A stretch of DNA of 64,000 bases from an uncultured Chloroflexia bacterium (GTDB taxonomy: Bacteria > Chloroflexota > Limnocylindria > Limnocylindrales > CSP1-4), in contig CAVYIM010000007.1 in NCBI GenBank assembly GCA_963768655.1, positions 1 through 64,000 of the forward strand. Direction: 5' to 3'. Both the position numbers and the translations under genes were made by a program. A model generated the notes under the pieces. That model made no database searches. It was not told the origin of the DNA and was given only the letters and a program-made list of their open reading frames with translations. Below are positions 1 through 10,058 of the stretch, piece after piece; within the stretch, counting starts at the first letter, position 1; each line of letters begins with the position of its first letter.

Positions 1-765
1 ACAGCTCGTCGAACGTTCCGTACCCACCGGGAAAAGCCACGAGCGCTTTCGCGCGAAGCACGAAATGAAACTTTCGTATCGCAAAGTAATGGAAGCTGGA
101 AGCATAGGTCAGGCGTGATGTAAGGGTTCCGGAAACTGCTCATGCGGCAGGGCAATATTGAGGCCGACGGACTTGGCGCCGGCATCGAACGCGCGCTGCG
201 GTTCGCCGCCTCCATGATGCCGGGGCCGCCCCCGGTCATGACGACGGCGGTGCTCGTCCTGGCCGTTGTTGCGGTTGGCTTCGCTGACGATCCGTCCGAA
301 TTCGCGGGCGACGTCGTAATAGCGGCTCTTGGCAAGGATGTGCTTTGCGGCGGCGAGGCGGTGCTCCAGCTCTTTGTTGCCGGGGTCTGCTGCGAGGGCC
401 TTTTTCAGATTTTCCACCTGACGGGATGCCTCCGCACGCTCGCAGATACGGGTGCTCCCGAAAACCACGATGGTTTGGCGTACCCCTGCTTCCCGCAGGA
501 GGAGGTCAGGCTTGAGATAGTCGATCTGGAGGCGAAGGCCGCGCAAGTCGTCCCGGGCGAGGAAGTCGAAGTCGGTATCCGCCCTGCGGTAGCTCGGACT
601 GTCGAGGATCGCTTCAATCCGGGCGTGGGCCTCGGGATCTTCCTTGGTGGATTTCGGAGCATTCCAGGGGAGGGGCTCGCGCCGCTGAAGCCGCCGGGGT
701 CGTTTCAGGAGTCTTAAGCCGTTACTAGCGCCGTGTTTTTTGGCCAAGATATGAGCTCCATGCAC
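1..765 (-). CDS. LOG family (TIGR00730-like) protein, frameshifted, runs off the window start
   Basis: IVVFGSTR and GAKSVGLNIALPHEQ in ORF 109-765; FAIRKFHF...FPGGYGTFDEL read in another frame at 1-100. Several indels. Confidence 0.8.
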
Positions 766-975
766 TGTGTGTAAATCGCTTTTAGCAAGATGAGCAAAGC
801 AGCGCTATCGCGGCGCGGCCTGATACCGCCCCGGACAGTCTGCTTCGCTTGTCAAACTCTGCTTACAAAGCCAATGTCACGGAAATAACACGTAGGGAGC
901 AATAAATGGGGGGCGTCGATTACAGATCGCCGTGGCGAAGCCGGGCAACCTCGCTGCGCGCCGCGGCGCCGCTTC

Positions 976-1769
976 TCAGCCTTTGAATGTCTTCGCGAGC
1001 CAATCGGCAATCGGCTGAGCGGCGTCGCGCCAGTTCTTGTCCAGCATGATCGCGTGCGCGCCGTTCGGCACGATCACGCAGCGCGCGCCGTAATAGATCG
1101 CGGTCAGGCGCACATCGGCTTCAGGCATGAACTGATCTTTCTCGCCACCTACGACGAGCAGCTTCGGCATCCCCCAGGGGAACGGGGCGAATGGCATCCA
1201 TCCCATGAGTTGCCGGCTCGCCGTCTCCGCAATATCGCCGATGCCTTCGGCAAAGCGCCGCCGAAGCTCGCGGGAGGGACGCTCGGCGAATAAGCCGTCC
1301 TCGATGATGTCGAGGTTTGCGGCGTCCATCCCTTTGTGCAGCACCGCCTTCATTTCATGAGCGAGCTTGGCATTTGAGGCGTACATCACCGCAGCTGCCC
1401 GGATCAGCCCGTGCGGAGGAGCGGAACAGAGGAGCACAACGCCCGCAGGCTTGCCGCCGCGCTGCACGAAGTTCTGAACCACCCCGCCGCCGAGCGAGTG
1501 GCCGATCACGACCGTGGGTCCGCCAATCTCATCCAGGCCCAGCCGATGTCTTCGGCGAAATCCTGCAGGGTGAACTGCCGGACATTTTGCGGCCTTCGCT
1601 CTTGCCATGCCCGCGCAGGCTCAGCGCATAGCTGTCATAGCCGAGCCCCGCAAAGAAAGGCAGGAAACTCGGTTCCCACACCCAGGCGCCGGTGCAATCC
1701 CGTGAACGAAAAGCAGCTTGACGGGCTTTGCGGGTTAGGCGCCGCTTCGCGTAGGAGTTCAAGTTTCAT
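976..1769 (-). CDS. alpha/beta hydrolase, frameshifted
   Basis: GHSLGG nucleophile elbow; SLRGHGKS in ORF 1529-1762; C-terminal GEKD and GAH. Split over frames; ATG at 1769. Confidence 0.8.
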
Positions 1770-1861
1770 GACCGGCCAATACAACGATAAGGTGCATGAT
1801 TGAATATCGCAGATCTTGAGCGAGGCAAGGGGACAAGGCGGATTACATTTTCGTTATATGG

Positions 1862-2458
1862 TTAAAGGGTGAAGTGCTGGAAGCCTTCAACGGGGAGCTC
1901 GAGGGATGTGCCATCGGCTTGGATGAAAGCCGGGGCGCGTTCTCCTGCTTTCATGATGCCGATGCGCGTCACGGGCACGCCACCGCCTCCGCTCGCCGTC
2001 TCGAAGGCAGCGGTGCGGTCGGCCGGAACGGCGCAGAGGATCTCATAGTCGTCGCCTCCGGATAGGATCGCGGAAATCGATCCGGCGATGCCGCTAAAGC
2101 GACGGTTGCCGCCGCCGATAGAGGTATTGAGGACACCGCGACGTCTGCAGACCCGTGACGCAGCGCACATGCGCGAAAGGTCGAGCGCGAGCCCATCCGA
2201 TATGTCCATCGCGGCCGACGCATGGCGTGCCAGGGCCTCGGACAATCCAGCCTCGGTTCCGGGTAGAGGTAACGCCGAGGAGAGAGTCGCGGTTCTCTGC
2301 GGATAATGTGGCTTCGAAATCGGCCTGCCCAAGACGTAGCTGAAGGCCGAGCGCGGCGTCGCCGAGCGTGCCGCTGACGTAGAGGAAGATCCCCGGCCCC
2401 GCAGCCGCCGCGAGGGACGAGGCCCGGCGGGGCGATGCCTCGCCGAAAGCGGTAATGC
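1862..2458 (-). CDS. thiL: thiamine-monophosphate kinase, 3' part only, frameshifted
   Basis: YVSGTLGDAALGL, AAMDISDGLALDL, LSGGDDYEIL, GFQHF; N-terminal half missing at the junction near 2458. Confidence 0.85.
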   Translation of the reverse strand, partial: ALPLSARHRPAGPRPSRRLRGRGSSSTSAARSATPRSAFSYVLGRPISKPHYPQRTATLSSALPLPGTEAGLSEALARHASAAMDISDGLALDLSRMCAASRVCRRRGVLNTSIGGGNRRFSGIAGSISAILSGGDDYEILCAVPADRTAAFETASGGGGVPVTRIGIMKAGERAPAFIQADGTSLELPVEGFQHFTL

Positions 2459-2459
2459 C

Positions 2460-2834
2460 ATGGAGCTGCGCGATCGGACCGTCAACTACTTCTTCGTGCT
2501 CCTGGCGATCGCCGCATGGGCGGTGGTCTTCGCGGTCGTGACGACCACCTATCCGAGGGAGAACCCGACCAGCGGCCTGGTGGGCGCCGGGGCCATCGGT
2601 CTGGCATGCGGCGTGACCGCGGTCCCGCTCTTCTGGCTGGCCGTGTTCGCCCGCCATCGCCGGATCGCCTTCCGAGGAGACTGGTCGCGGGCGATCAGAC
2701 GTGGCGCCTGGGTGGCGCTGGTCGTGGTGATTCTCGTCGCTCTCCGGATTCAGGGCGTGCTCAGCCTCCCGATCGCGGTCTTCGTGGCGGCCCTCGTCAT
2801 CCTGGCCGAGATGATTCTCTCGGCCGAGCGTTGA
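2460..2834 (+). CDS. small 4-TM membrane protein
   Basis: Four hydrophobic segments, GC3-rich codons. Confidence 0.7.
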   Translation: MELRDRTVNYFFVLLAIAAWAVVFAVVTTTYPRENPTSGLVGAGAIGLACGVTAVPLFWLAVFARHRRIAFRGDWSRAIRRGAWVALVVVILVALRIQGVLSLPIAVFVAALVILAEMILSAER

Positions 2835-2892
2835 GGCCGGGACTCGCGCTCGCCCCCTCCGGCCGGCGTGGCGGGGCGCTACGCTGTACCCG

Positions 2893-3723
2893 ATGACGGA
2901 CTTGCGTGGCAAAGCCGACACCGCCGCCGCCCTGGCGCGGTTGTACGACGTGGATCTGATCGACGATCCCGGCGACATCGACCTGTACCTCGCCCTGGCG
3001 GCCCGGACCGGCGGTCCGATCCTGGAACTCGCCGCGGGATCTGGGCGGATCGCGGTCCCGCTGGCCCGGGCAGGCTACGAGGTCACCGCGGTAGACAACG
3101 ACCCGGCAATGCTGGCCCGCCTTCGTCACAGGCTCGAGGAGATGGCCACGGGCGAGCCCGAGGTAGCCGGCCGAGTCCACCTCGTCGAGCGGGACCTGGT
3201 CGGGCTCGACATCCCCGGCAGTCCCAAGTTCGGGCTTGCCGTGCTGGCCCTCAATTCGATCCTGCTGCTCGACTCCCGCGAGAAGCAGCGAGCGGCTCTG
3301 GAGACGATGGCCCGTCACCTGGCCCCTGGCGGAGTGGCGGTCGTCGACGTGTGGCTGCCGGCCGCGAACGAGCTGGCCCGCTACGACGGGCGCCTCAGCC
3401 TGGAGTACGTCCGAACGGACCCCGAGACCGACCTGATCGTGACGAAGATCGCGAGCGCCGAGCACGAACCGACCCGCGGCCACGTCGAGCTGACCTCGAT
3501 CTACGAGGAAGGGGAGCAAGGCGGGCCCACGCGGCGCTGGGTTCGACAGGACCGATTGAGGCTGCTGGAGGCGGACGAGCTGTCCGAAATGGCCGAGGAG
3601 GCCGGTTTGATCGTCGAGATTCTGGCAGGCTCATACGATCTCGAGCCATTGGTCAACCATGACGAACGGGTCATCCTTATAGCGCGGAGGCGGGGGAGGA
3701 CCGGACCCGCTTCCTTGCTATAG
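2893..3723 (+). CDS. class I SAM-dependent methyltransferase
   Basis: ILELAAGSGR motif I, VTAVD, HLAPGG. Confidence 0.9.
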   Translation: MTDLRGKADTAAALARLYDVDLIDDPGDIDLYLALAARTGGPILELAAGSGRIAVPLARAGYEVTAVDNDPAMLARLRHRLEEMATGEPEVAGRVHLVERDLVGLDIPGSPKFGLAVLALNSILLLDSREKQRAALETMARHLAPGGVAVVDVWLPAANELARYDGRLSLEYVRTDPETDLIVTKIASAEHEPTRGHVELTSIYEEGEQGGPTRRWVRQDRLRLLEADELSEMAEEAGLIVEILAGSYDLEPLVNHDERVILIARRRGRTGPASLL

Positions 3724-3731
3724 TCGGGCAC

Positions 3732-4874
3732 GTGGCGACCACCACCTCGATCCGACTGCTCGTAGCGGAAGATGTTCCGCAGGTGAGCCAGCACGTCCGC
3801 AACCTGTTGAGCATCCAATCGCAGGTGAAGCTGCTGGAAGTCTTCACCGACGGCTCGAAGGTCGTCGAAGCGACCAGACAGCTCCGCCCGGACGTCGTCA
3901 TGGTCGACCTGCTGCTCCAGGGCAAGGTCAAGGGGCCTCAGCTCATCGAAAAGCTGCGCGACTCGGGGCTGGATGTCCCCGTCGTGGTCCTGACCGTGCC
4001 CCAGCACCCGCTGGCTCGCGACCCGAGCCGCGGTATCGACGCGGTCCTGACTCTCCCGTTCAGCGGCTTCGAGCTGGTGAACACGCTGGCCCACGTCATG
4101 ACCGACCGCCAGTCTCGGGCCGCCGGAGCATGCCGGGTAGTCTCGGTCTTCTCGCCCAAAGGCGGCGTCGGCAAGACCACGATCTCATTCAACCTGGCCG
4201 TGTCGTTGAGTCAGCTGGGCGTAGCCACGGCCTTGATCGACGGCAGCCTCCAGTACGGCGATCTGCGGGCGCTGCTCAAGGTTCCCGACGACGTGCCTTC
4301 GATCCTCGACCTGCCGACGGATCGCGTCCAGGAGTCGGATCTGCGCGACGTGATGTGGCGCGACCCGGCGGGAGTCGACATCCTGCTCGCCCCACCGCGA
4401 GTCGAGATGGCGGAGATGGTCACCGCCCGCGACGTCGAAAAGACGATCTCGATCCTGCGCCGCTTGTACCAGGCCGTCGTGATAGACACTCCGGTGACGT
4501 TGTCTGAGGTCACGCTGGCCTTCCTCGACGCGTGCGACGTGATCCTCTCGATCGTGACCTATGACTCCACCACGATCCACAACACTGTCTCGGTGGGGGA
4601 GGTCTTCGCGTCCATTGGCTACACGGCGGAGAAAGTTCACTACCTGGTGAACCGGGCGGACTCGAGCGGCGGCATGAGCCGCGACGAGCTGGCCCGGGCG
4701 CTCGGTCGAAGGCCCGACTTCGAAGTGGTCTCCGACGGCCGCCTCGTCGTCCAGGCGAACAACGAGGGCATGCCCTTCGTGGTCGCCAGCCCCGAGGCCG
4801 CGGTCAGTCGGGACGTTCGCCGTGCGGCGGCTTTGATCGCCGGACGCACGGCCGGGGCTCCGGTGAGACACTGA
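3732..4874 (+). CDS. receiver domain + MinD/ParA ATPase (CpaE/TadZ-like)
   Basis: N-terminal REC fold; deviant Walker A PKGGVGKT; DGSLQYGD; IDTP; ANNEGMP. Confidence 0.85.
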   Translation: MATTTSIRLLVAEDVPQVSQHVRNLLSIQSQVKLLEVFTDGSKVVEATRQLRPDVVMVDLLLQGKVKGPQLIEKLRDSGLDVPVVVLTVPQHPLARDPSRGIDAVLTLPFSGFELVNTLAHVMTDRQSRAAGACRVVSVFSPKGGVGKTTISFNLAVSLSQLGVATALIDGSLQYGDLRALLKVPDDVPSILDLPTDRVQESDLRDVMWRDPAGVDILLAPPRVEMAEMVTARDVEKTISILRRLYQAVVIDTPVTLSEVTLAFLDACDVILSIVTYDSTTIHNTVSVGEVFASIGYTAEKVHYLVNRADSSGGMSRDELARALGRRPDFEVVSDGRLVVQANNEGMPFVVASPEAAVSRDVRRAAALIAGRTAGAPVRH

Positions 4875-4878
4875 GGCC

Positions 4879-5817
4879 GTGTCCGACCCACGACCCATCG
4901 GCGTTTTCGACTCCGGCGTCGGAGGCCTGACCGTTCTACGCGAGATCCTGCGCCGGCTGCCCTTCGAATCGACGGTCTACCTGGGCGACAATGCCCGGGC
5001 TCCCTACGGCGTCCGCACCGACGACGAGGTCCGGCGCTTCAGCGTCCAGGCGCTCGACGCGCTGGTGCGTCGCGATGTGAAGGCACTCGTCGTGGCCTGC
5101 AATACCTCGACTTCGGTGGCCCTGGCCGACTTCCGGCGTCGCTACGACCTGCCGGTCCTGGGCGTCGTCCGGCCGGGGGCGGCGGCGGCGGCGCTGGCCA
5201 CGCGCACTCGACGCGTGGGCGTGATCGCAACGCCGGCGACGGTTCGCTCGCGCGCCTACTTCAACGCCATCAAGGACGAGAATCCGGCCGTCGAGGTGTA
5301 CGAACACGCCACTCCGACGCTGGTGCCCCTCGTAGAGGCCGGGCGACTCTCCGGCCCGGAGGTCGAGGCGGCGGTCCGCGCGGAACTGGCTCCTCTCCTG
5401 GGTGAGCGGAACGAGGGCGGCGAGTTCATCTTCCCGCTGCCGCCCTCCGCCCGAATCGACACGCTGCTGCTGGGTTGCACTCACTACCCCCTGCTGGCCG
5501 GAGTGCTGCGTGGCTGCGTGGGCGATGGCGTCGCGATCGTGGATTCGGCCACGGCGACGGCCTCGTCGCTGGCCGAGCTGCTTTCGGTCAACGGTCTCGA
5601 GGCGCCCGGGACCACCCGCGGCACGGCCGCCGACGCGGGCATGGCCGGCCACGAGCCGCCGCACGAGACTCTCGCTATGGCGGCGCATCACCAACTGACG
5701 ACCGGCGACGTGGCTGCCTTCAGGGCCGTCGCGGAGCGGATGTTCGGTGGGGAGTTTCCTGACATAGAGGCGATCGACCTGGCAGCCGCAGGGGCAGGCC
5801 GGATCGGAGTGTCGTGA
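4879..5817 (+). CDS. murI: glutamate racemase
   Basis: IGVFDSGVGGLTV, PYG, VACNT, LGCTHYP. Confidence 0.97.
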   Translation: MSDPRPIGVFDSGVGGLTVLREILRRLPFESTVYLGDNARAPYGVRTDDEVRRFSVQALDALVRRDVKALVVACNTSTSVALADFRRRYDLPVLGVVRPGAAAAALATRTRRVGVIATPATVRSRAYFNAIKDENPAVEVYEHATPTLVPLVEAGRLSGPEVEAAVRAELAPLLGERNEGGEFIFPLPPSARIDTLLLGCTHYPLLAGVLRGCVGDGVAIVDSATATASSLAELLSVNGLEAPGTTRGTAADAGMAGHEPPHETLAMAAHHQLTTGDVAAFRAVAERMFGGEFPDIEAIDLAAAGAGRIGVS

Positions 5818-7115
5818 GCGATCGGCCGGAGCCGCCACGGGACCGTGCCTCGTCGGCGCGAGGCACGTCAGGCGGCTCAGGCGGCTCAGGCGGCGCGGCT
5901 CGCTCGAGAGACTCGGGTCGCTCGAGCTGGCGCCGGGACGCGTTCCTGCAGGCCGGGTTCCTCGTGGGTGCCGCACTGGGAGCTGCCGCGACCGTCATGA
6001 GCCGTCGCATGGAGCGCTCGGCGAGACGCGGCCTGATCGACTGGCGAGTGGCGGAGCGAATCGCCGTCGACCGCGTCCGCCGCTCCCCGGGAACGCTTGC
6101 CTCGTATGAGCTCGCCGCCGCCGAGCCGGTGTATGCGGCGGCCATGCGGGAGATCGTGCCCGCTCTTGAAGCCGCGCTGGGGACGGAGCTTCCCGGCATA
6201 GTCGAGCGCAGCGCCGTCGTGGCCCGTGAAGAATGGGTGCGCGCGAACGTGACGACCTTCGCCGGCCTGTTCGGCAAGATCGAAGGCGATCTGCTGGACC
6301 AGATCCTGCCTCCGGGCTCCGGCTTCGTGAAGGCGTCGATGGCGATCGCCAACAGGGCTGTGTCGACGCGTCAGTTCGGCTTCCTGCTCGGATTCCTCGG
6401 CCAGCGGGTGCTCGGCCAGTACGACCTGGCGATCCTCTCGGCCGAATCGACGCCCGGACGCCTGCTCTTCCTGGACGAGAACATCAGGCGGACCGCGGAG
6501 AGCCTGGGCGTGCCGCTCAACCCGTTCCGGACCTGGATCGCCCTGCACGAGACCACCCATGCCTTCGAGTTCGAGGCGCATCCCTGGCTCCGGCCGTACC
6601 TGGCCGAGCGCCTGGAGCGGCAGCTGACTTCGCTGTCGTCGGGCGCGTCGCTCCTCAGCCGCGAAGCCGTGACGCGGCTCGGTCGCTCCCTCCGCGGCAA
6701 GAGCCCGGGCGAGCACTGGATGGAGGGGCTGATGGGCGAGGAGCAGCGGCGCGAGTTCCGCGAGATCCAGGCCGTCATGAGCCTGCTGGAGGGCTTCGGG
6801 GACTACGTCATGGATGAGGTGGGCGCCGACCTGGTGCCGGATGTCGAGCGGATCAGTCGCCGTTTCCATGCCAGACGCGCGCAGTCCACGGGAGCCGAGC
6901 GGGCCATCATGCGAGTCACAGGCCTGGACCTCAAGATGGAGCAGTACAGGCAGGGTGAGGCGTTCGTGGCCGCCATCGCGCGGGCGCGCGGCGCCGAAGC
7001 CCTGCGGACCCTGTGGCGCGGCCCGGAGACCCTGCCCCGGCCCGACGAAATCGATCTGCCGTCGCTGTGGGTGGCTCGAATCTTGCCGGCGCAGGGGTCG
7101 CGCGGTGCGACATGA
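5814..7115 (+). CDS. zincin-like metalloprotease (Zincin_2 family)
   Basis: VLGQYD, HETTH zinc motif, MSLLEG, KMEQYRQGEAF. Confidence 0.85.
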   Translation: MSDRPEPPRDRASSARGTSGGSGGSGGAARSRDSGRSSWRRDAFLQAGFLVGAALGAAATVMSRRMERSARRGLIDWRVAERIAVDRVRRSPGTLASYELAAAEPVYAAAMREIVPALEAALGTELPGIVERSAVVAREEWVRANVTTFAGLFGKIEGDLLDQILPPGSGFVKASMAIANRAVSTRQFGFLLGFLGQRVLGQYDLAILSAESTPGRLLFLDENIRRTAESLGVPLNPFRTWIALHETTHAFEFEAHPWLRPYLAERLERQLTSLSSGASLLSREAVTRLGRSLRGKSPGEHWMEGLMGEEQRREFREIQAVMSLLEGFGDYVMDEVGADLVPDVERISRRFHARRAQSTGAERAIMRVTGLDLKMEQYRQGEAFVAAIARARGAEALRTLWRGPETLPRPDEIDLPSLWVARILPAQGSRGAT

Positions 7116-7179
7116 TTGACGGAGGTTGCGCCGGGGCGGCGGGAGGCTTCCAGGTAGTTCCGGCACAGCGGAGGCGGGA

Positions 7180-8217
7180 ATGAGCTCGCAGAACGTCACC
7201 GGGGTCGTCGGTCCGGGACACGGTCCGGGCGGATCGCCGCTGGCCATCGGCATCAGCCCGGTGCTCACCGGTCGCGATGCATTCGACGCTATGGGCCGCA
7301 AGATCCTCGAGGCGGCGCCCGGATCGAGGCTGATCCCGGTTTCGGCTGAGGGGATCGCCGACGAGCCGGTCGACGAGATCGAGGTCCTGATGCGCGGCTG
7401 GTCGCTCGGCGGCGATGCGCTGGACCGCTTCGCGGGCCGGGCGTCGAAGCTGCGCTGGATTCATTCCGTGTCCGTCGGCGTCGAGGCGATGCTGACGCCG
7501 GTGGTCCGCCTGCGCGGCCTGACGATCACCAACGGCCGCGGAGTTTTCGACCAGCCGATCGGCGAGTACGTGATGACGATGATCCTGGCCACATGCCGGC
7601 GCCTGCCGGCGTTGCTGGAGCTGCAGCGGGAGCGGACCTGGCAGCCGATCGAGGCGGTCGAGCTGGCCGAGACGACCATCGGGCTGGTGGGCCTGGGCGG
7701 CATCGGCCGCGAGGTCGCGAGACTGGCGGCTCCGTTCGGACCGAAGATCGTCGCCGTTCGACGGCGGGTCGGAGCGGGCGAGACGCCGGCCGGAGTTCAG
7801 GTCCTGGGCGGGCTCGAGGCGCTGCCGCAGCTGCTATCCGTCTCGGATTTCGTGGTGCTGGCGCTGCCCCTGACCGCCGCGACGGAGGGCGTGATCGACG
7901 ACGAGGCGCTGGCCCGCGCGAAGCCGGGCAGCTGGCTGATCAACGTAGCCCGGGGCGCGCTGGTCGACGAACGGGCTCTGATCCGGGCGCTGCGCGACGG
8001 GCCGCTCGGCGGCGCCATCCTCGACGCGTTCCGCGAGGAACCGCTGCCTGAGAACTCTCTCTTCTACCGGTTCTCCAACTGCATCGTGACTCCCCACACG
8101 AGCTGGTGGAGCAAAGTCGTTCTGGACCGCGCTCTCGACGTCTTCTGCGAGAACCTGCGTCTCTACCGCTCGGGCGCGCCGCTCGAGCATCTCGTGGATC
8201 CTGCGGCCGGCTACTGA
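7180..8217 (+). CDS. D-2-hydroxyacid dehydrogenase
   Basis: GLGGIG, INVARG, LDAF.EEPLP, TPH; GGAGG RBS before ATG 7180. Confidence 0.92.
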   Translation: MSSQNVTGVVGPGHGPGGSPLAIGISPVLTGRDAFDAMGRKILEAAPGSRLIPVSAEGIADEPVDEIEVLMRGWSLGGDALDRFAGRASKLRWIHSVSVGVEAMLTPVVRLRGLTITNGRGVFDQPIGEYVMTMILATCRRLPALLELQRERTWQPIEAVELAETTIGLVGLGGIGREVARLAAPFGPKIVAVRRRVGAGETPAGVQVLGGLEALPQLLSVSDFVVLALPLTAATEGVIDDEALARAKPGSWLINVARGALVDERALIRALRDGPLGGAILDAFREEPLPENSLFYRFSNCIVTPHTSWWSKVVLDRALDVFCENLRLYRSGAPLEHLVDPAAGY

Positions 8218-8309
8218 GCCGCAGCGACCGAGCCGCGGCGACCGAGCGTCCGGCCGTCAGCTAGCATGTGCGCGGCGCGACCGCGCCCCGCGGAGGAGGT
8301 CAGGGCCAC

Positions 8310-9413
8310 ATGCAGATCGCCATCGTCGGGCTGGCGGGATCGGGGAAGACGGCCGTCTTCAACACACTGACCCGGGGCCACGCCCAGACCGGCGGCTACG
8401 GCGGCATGGAGCTGCACGTCGGGACGGTCAAGGTCCCCGACGAGCGGCTCGATCGGCTGGCCGAGATCTTCAAGCCCAAGAAGATCGTCCACGCCGACGT
8501 CACCTACTTCGACCTGCCCGCGCCTCCCGCCTCGACCGAGGGCCGGGTCGGGACCGAAGAGCTGCCAGCCGACCAGCTGGCCCGTCTGCGCGAGGCCGAC
8601 GCCCTGTTGCACGTCGTGCGGGCATTCGAGGACTCGGCCGTGCCGCACCCGGATGGTTCGGTCGATCCCTGGCGCGATCTCGAACGTCTCGACCTCGAGT
8701 TCACGCTGGCCGACCTTTCGGTGATGGAGAAGCGCTTGGAGCGGCTGAAAGCGAGCGGCCACCACGGGACGCCGGCGGAGCGCGACGCCAACGACCGCGA
8801 GCTGGCGCTGTTAGAGCGGCTGCACGAGACCCTGGCGGCCGGGAGGCCGCTGCGTGGCGAGGGCCTGACGCCAGACGAGGAGAAGTCGATCCGTGGCTTC
8901 CGCTTCCTGACCCAGAAGCCGGTCCTGGTCCTGCTCAACGTCGGTGAGGCCGATCTGCCGCGCGAGGCGGAGATCGTGGCCGGGATCGCCGGGCGGTACG
9001 GGCACGCCGGGGCGCTGGTCGATGCGCTGTCGGCCAAGATCGAAATGGAGCTCGGCGAGCTCGAACCCGAAGAGGCGGCCGTCTTCATGGACGAGCTGGG
9101 CCTGAAGGAGTCGAGCCTCGACCGGGTCATCCGGCTGAGCTACCGGCTGCTCGGCCTGATCTCGTTCCTGACCGCTGGCCCCGATGAGGTGCGAGCCTGG
9201 CCGATCCCAGACGGGTCCAACGCCGTCGACGCGGCCGGAGCGATTCACACGGACCTGGCGCATGGCTTCATCCGCGCCGAAGTGGTGCCCTACGAGAATC
9301 TGCTCGCGCTCAAGTCGATGGCCGAGGCCCGCAAGCACGGCAAGCTGCGTTCGGAAGGCAAGACATACCAGGTCCACGACGGCGACGTAATCGAGATCCT
9401 GTTCAGTAAGTAG
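8310..9413 (+). CDS. ychF: YchF/Obg-like ATPase
   Basis: GLAGSGKT P-loop, VPDERLD, FLTQKP, AGAIHTD..GFIRAEV, EGKTY.V.DGD; GGAGGAGG RBS. Confidence 0.9.
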   Translation: MQIAIVGLAGSGKTAVFNTLTRGHAQTGGYGGMELHVGTVKVPDERLDRLAEIFKPKKIVHADVTYFDLPAPPASTEGRVGTEELPADQLARLREADALLHVVRAFEDSAVPHPDGSVDPWRDLERLDLEFTLADLSVMEKRLERLKASGHHGTPAERDANDRELALLERLHETLAAGRPLRGEGLTPDEEKSIRGFRFLTQKPVLVLLNVGEADLPREAEIVAGIAGRYGHAGALVDALSAKIEMELGELEPEEAAVFMDELGLKESSLDRVIRLSYRLLGLISFLTAGPDEVRAWPIPDGSNAVDAAGAIHTDLAHGFIRAEVVPYENLLALKSMAEARKHGKLRSEGKTYQVHDGDVIEILFSK

Positions 9414-9679
9414 GGCGAGGGGCGGCGCGCGGCGGCGGCCGCCGCTCGTGGCCGCAATACCTGGCGCGGCCCGGCCCGGCCCGGCCCGGCCCCGCCCCGC
9501 CCGCGGTCGGTGTCCATCTTCGCCCGGGGCGGTCGGGACCGCAGCGTGGATCGGCCGGCCGTCAGCCCCGGCGCCGCCGCTGGGCCGCGGCGTCGTTCCT
9601 TTGCATGGCCGTGGGCGAAGTTGGGCAAGAGCGGCGCCACCCACCGGCGGGATTCGGCGCCCGCCGGGCAGTCCCCGGC

Positions 9680-10036
9680 TCAGTTCGGCAGGAAACCGTC
9701 GCGGGGGAGGTCGAGGAAGATGCCGCGGTAGTCCGGGCCGTCAGGATCGTCGTCATCGTCGGAGTCGATGCTGGCGAGGTAGTTCTCGTCCTCCAGCTTC
9801 GAGACGTTGACGGACGCCGAAAGCCGGTCGTCGGAGATCGGGATGAAGGCGTGGTCGCGCTCGAGCTCCTCGGCGATGGCTTCGATCAGGGTGTCCTGGG
9901 TGAAGGTGTCCTGGATCCGGCGGCGGATCTCCTGCACCAGCTCGAAGAAGTCGTCCGCGTCCATCTCCTCCTCGCGAACAAGGAGCACGTCGGCGAAGAT
10001 GTCATCGTCGCCTTCGCGAAGCTCGTAGAAGAACAC
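9680..10036 (-). CDS. small acidic hypothetical protein
   Basis: Coding-like 3' part of ORF 9680-10738; GTG start with GGAG upstream; very D/E-rich. Confidence 0.7.
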   Translation of the reverse strand: MFFYELREGDDDIFADVLLVREEEMDADDFFELVQEIRRRIQDTFTQDTLIEAIAEELERDHAFIPISDDRLSASVNVSKLEDENYLASIDSDDDDDPDGPDYRGIFLDLPRDGFLPN

Positions 10037-10058
10037 GTTCGACTCCAGGGAAGTGTGC

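Noticed and set aside
9415-9680. (CCCGG)n GC-rich tract between convergent genes
   Set aside because: Low-complexity sequence with no spacers, so not CRISPR; overlapping ORFs look spurious.
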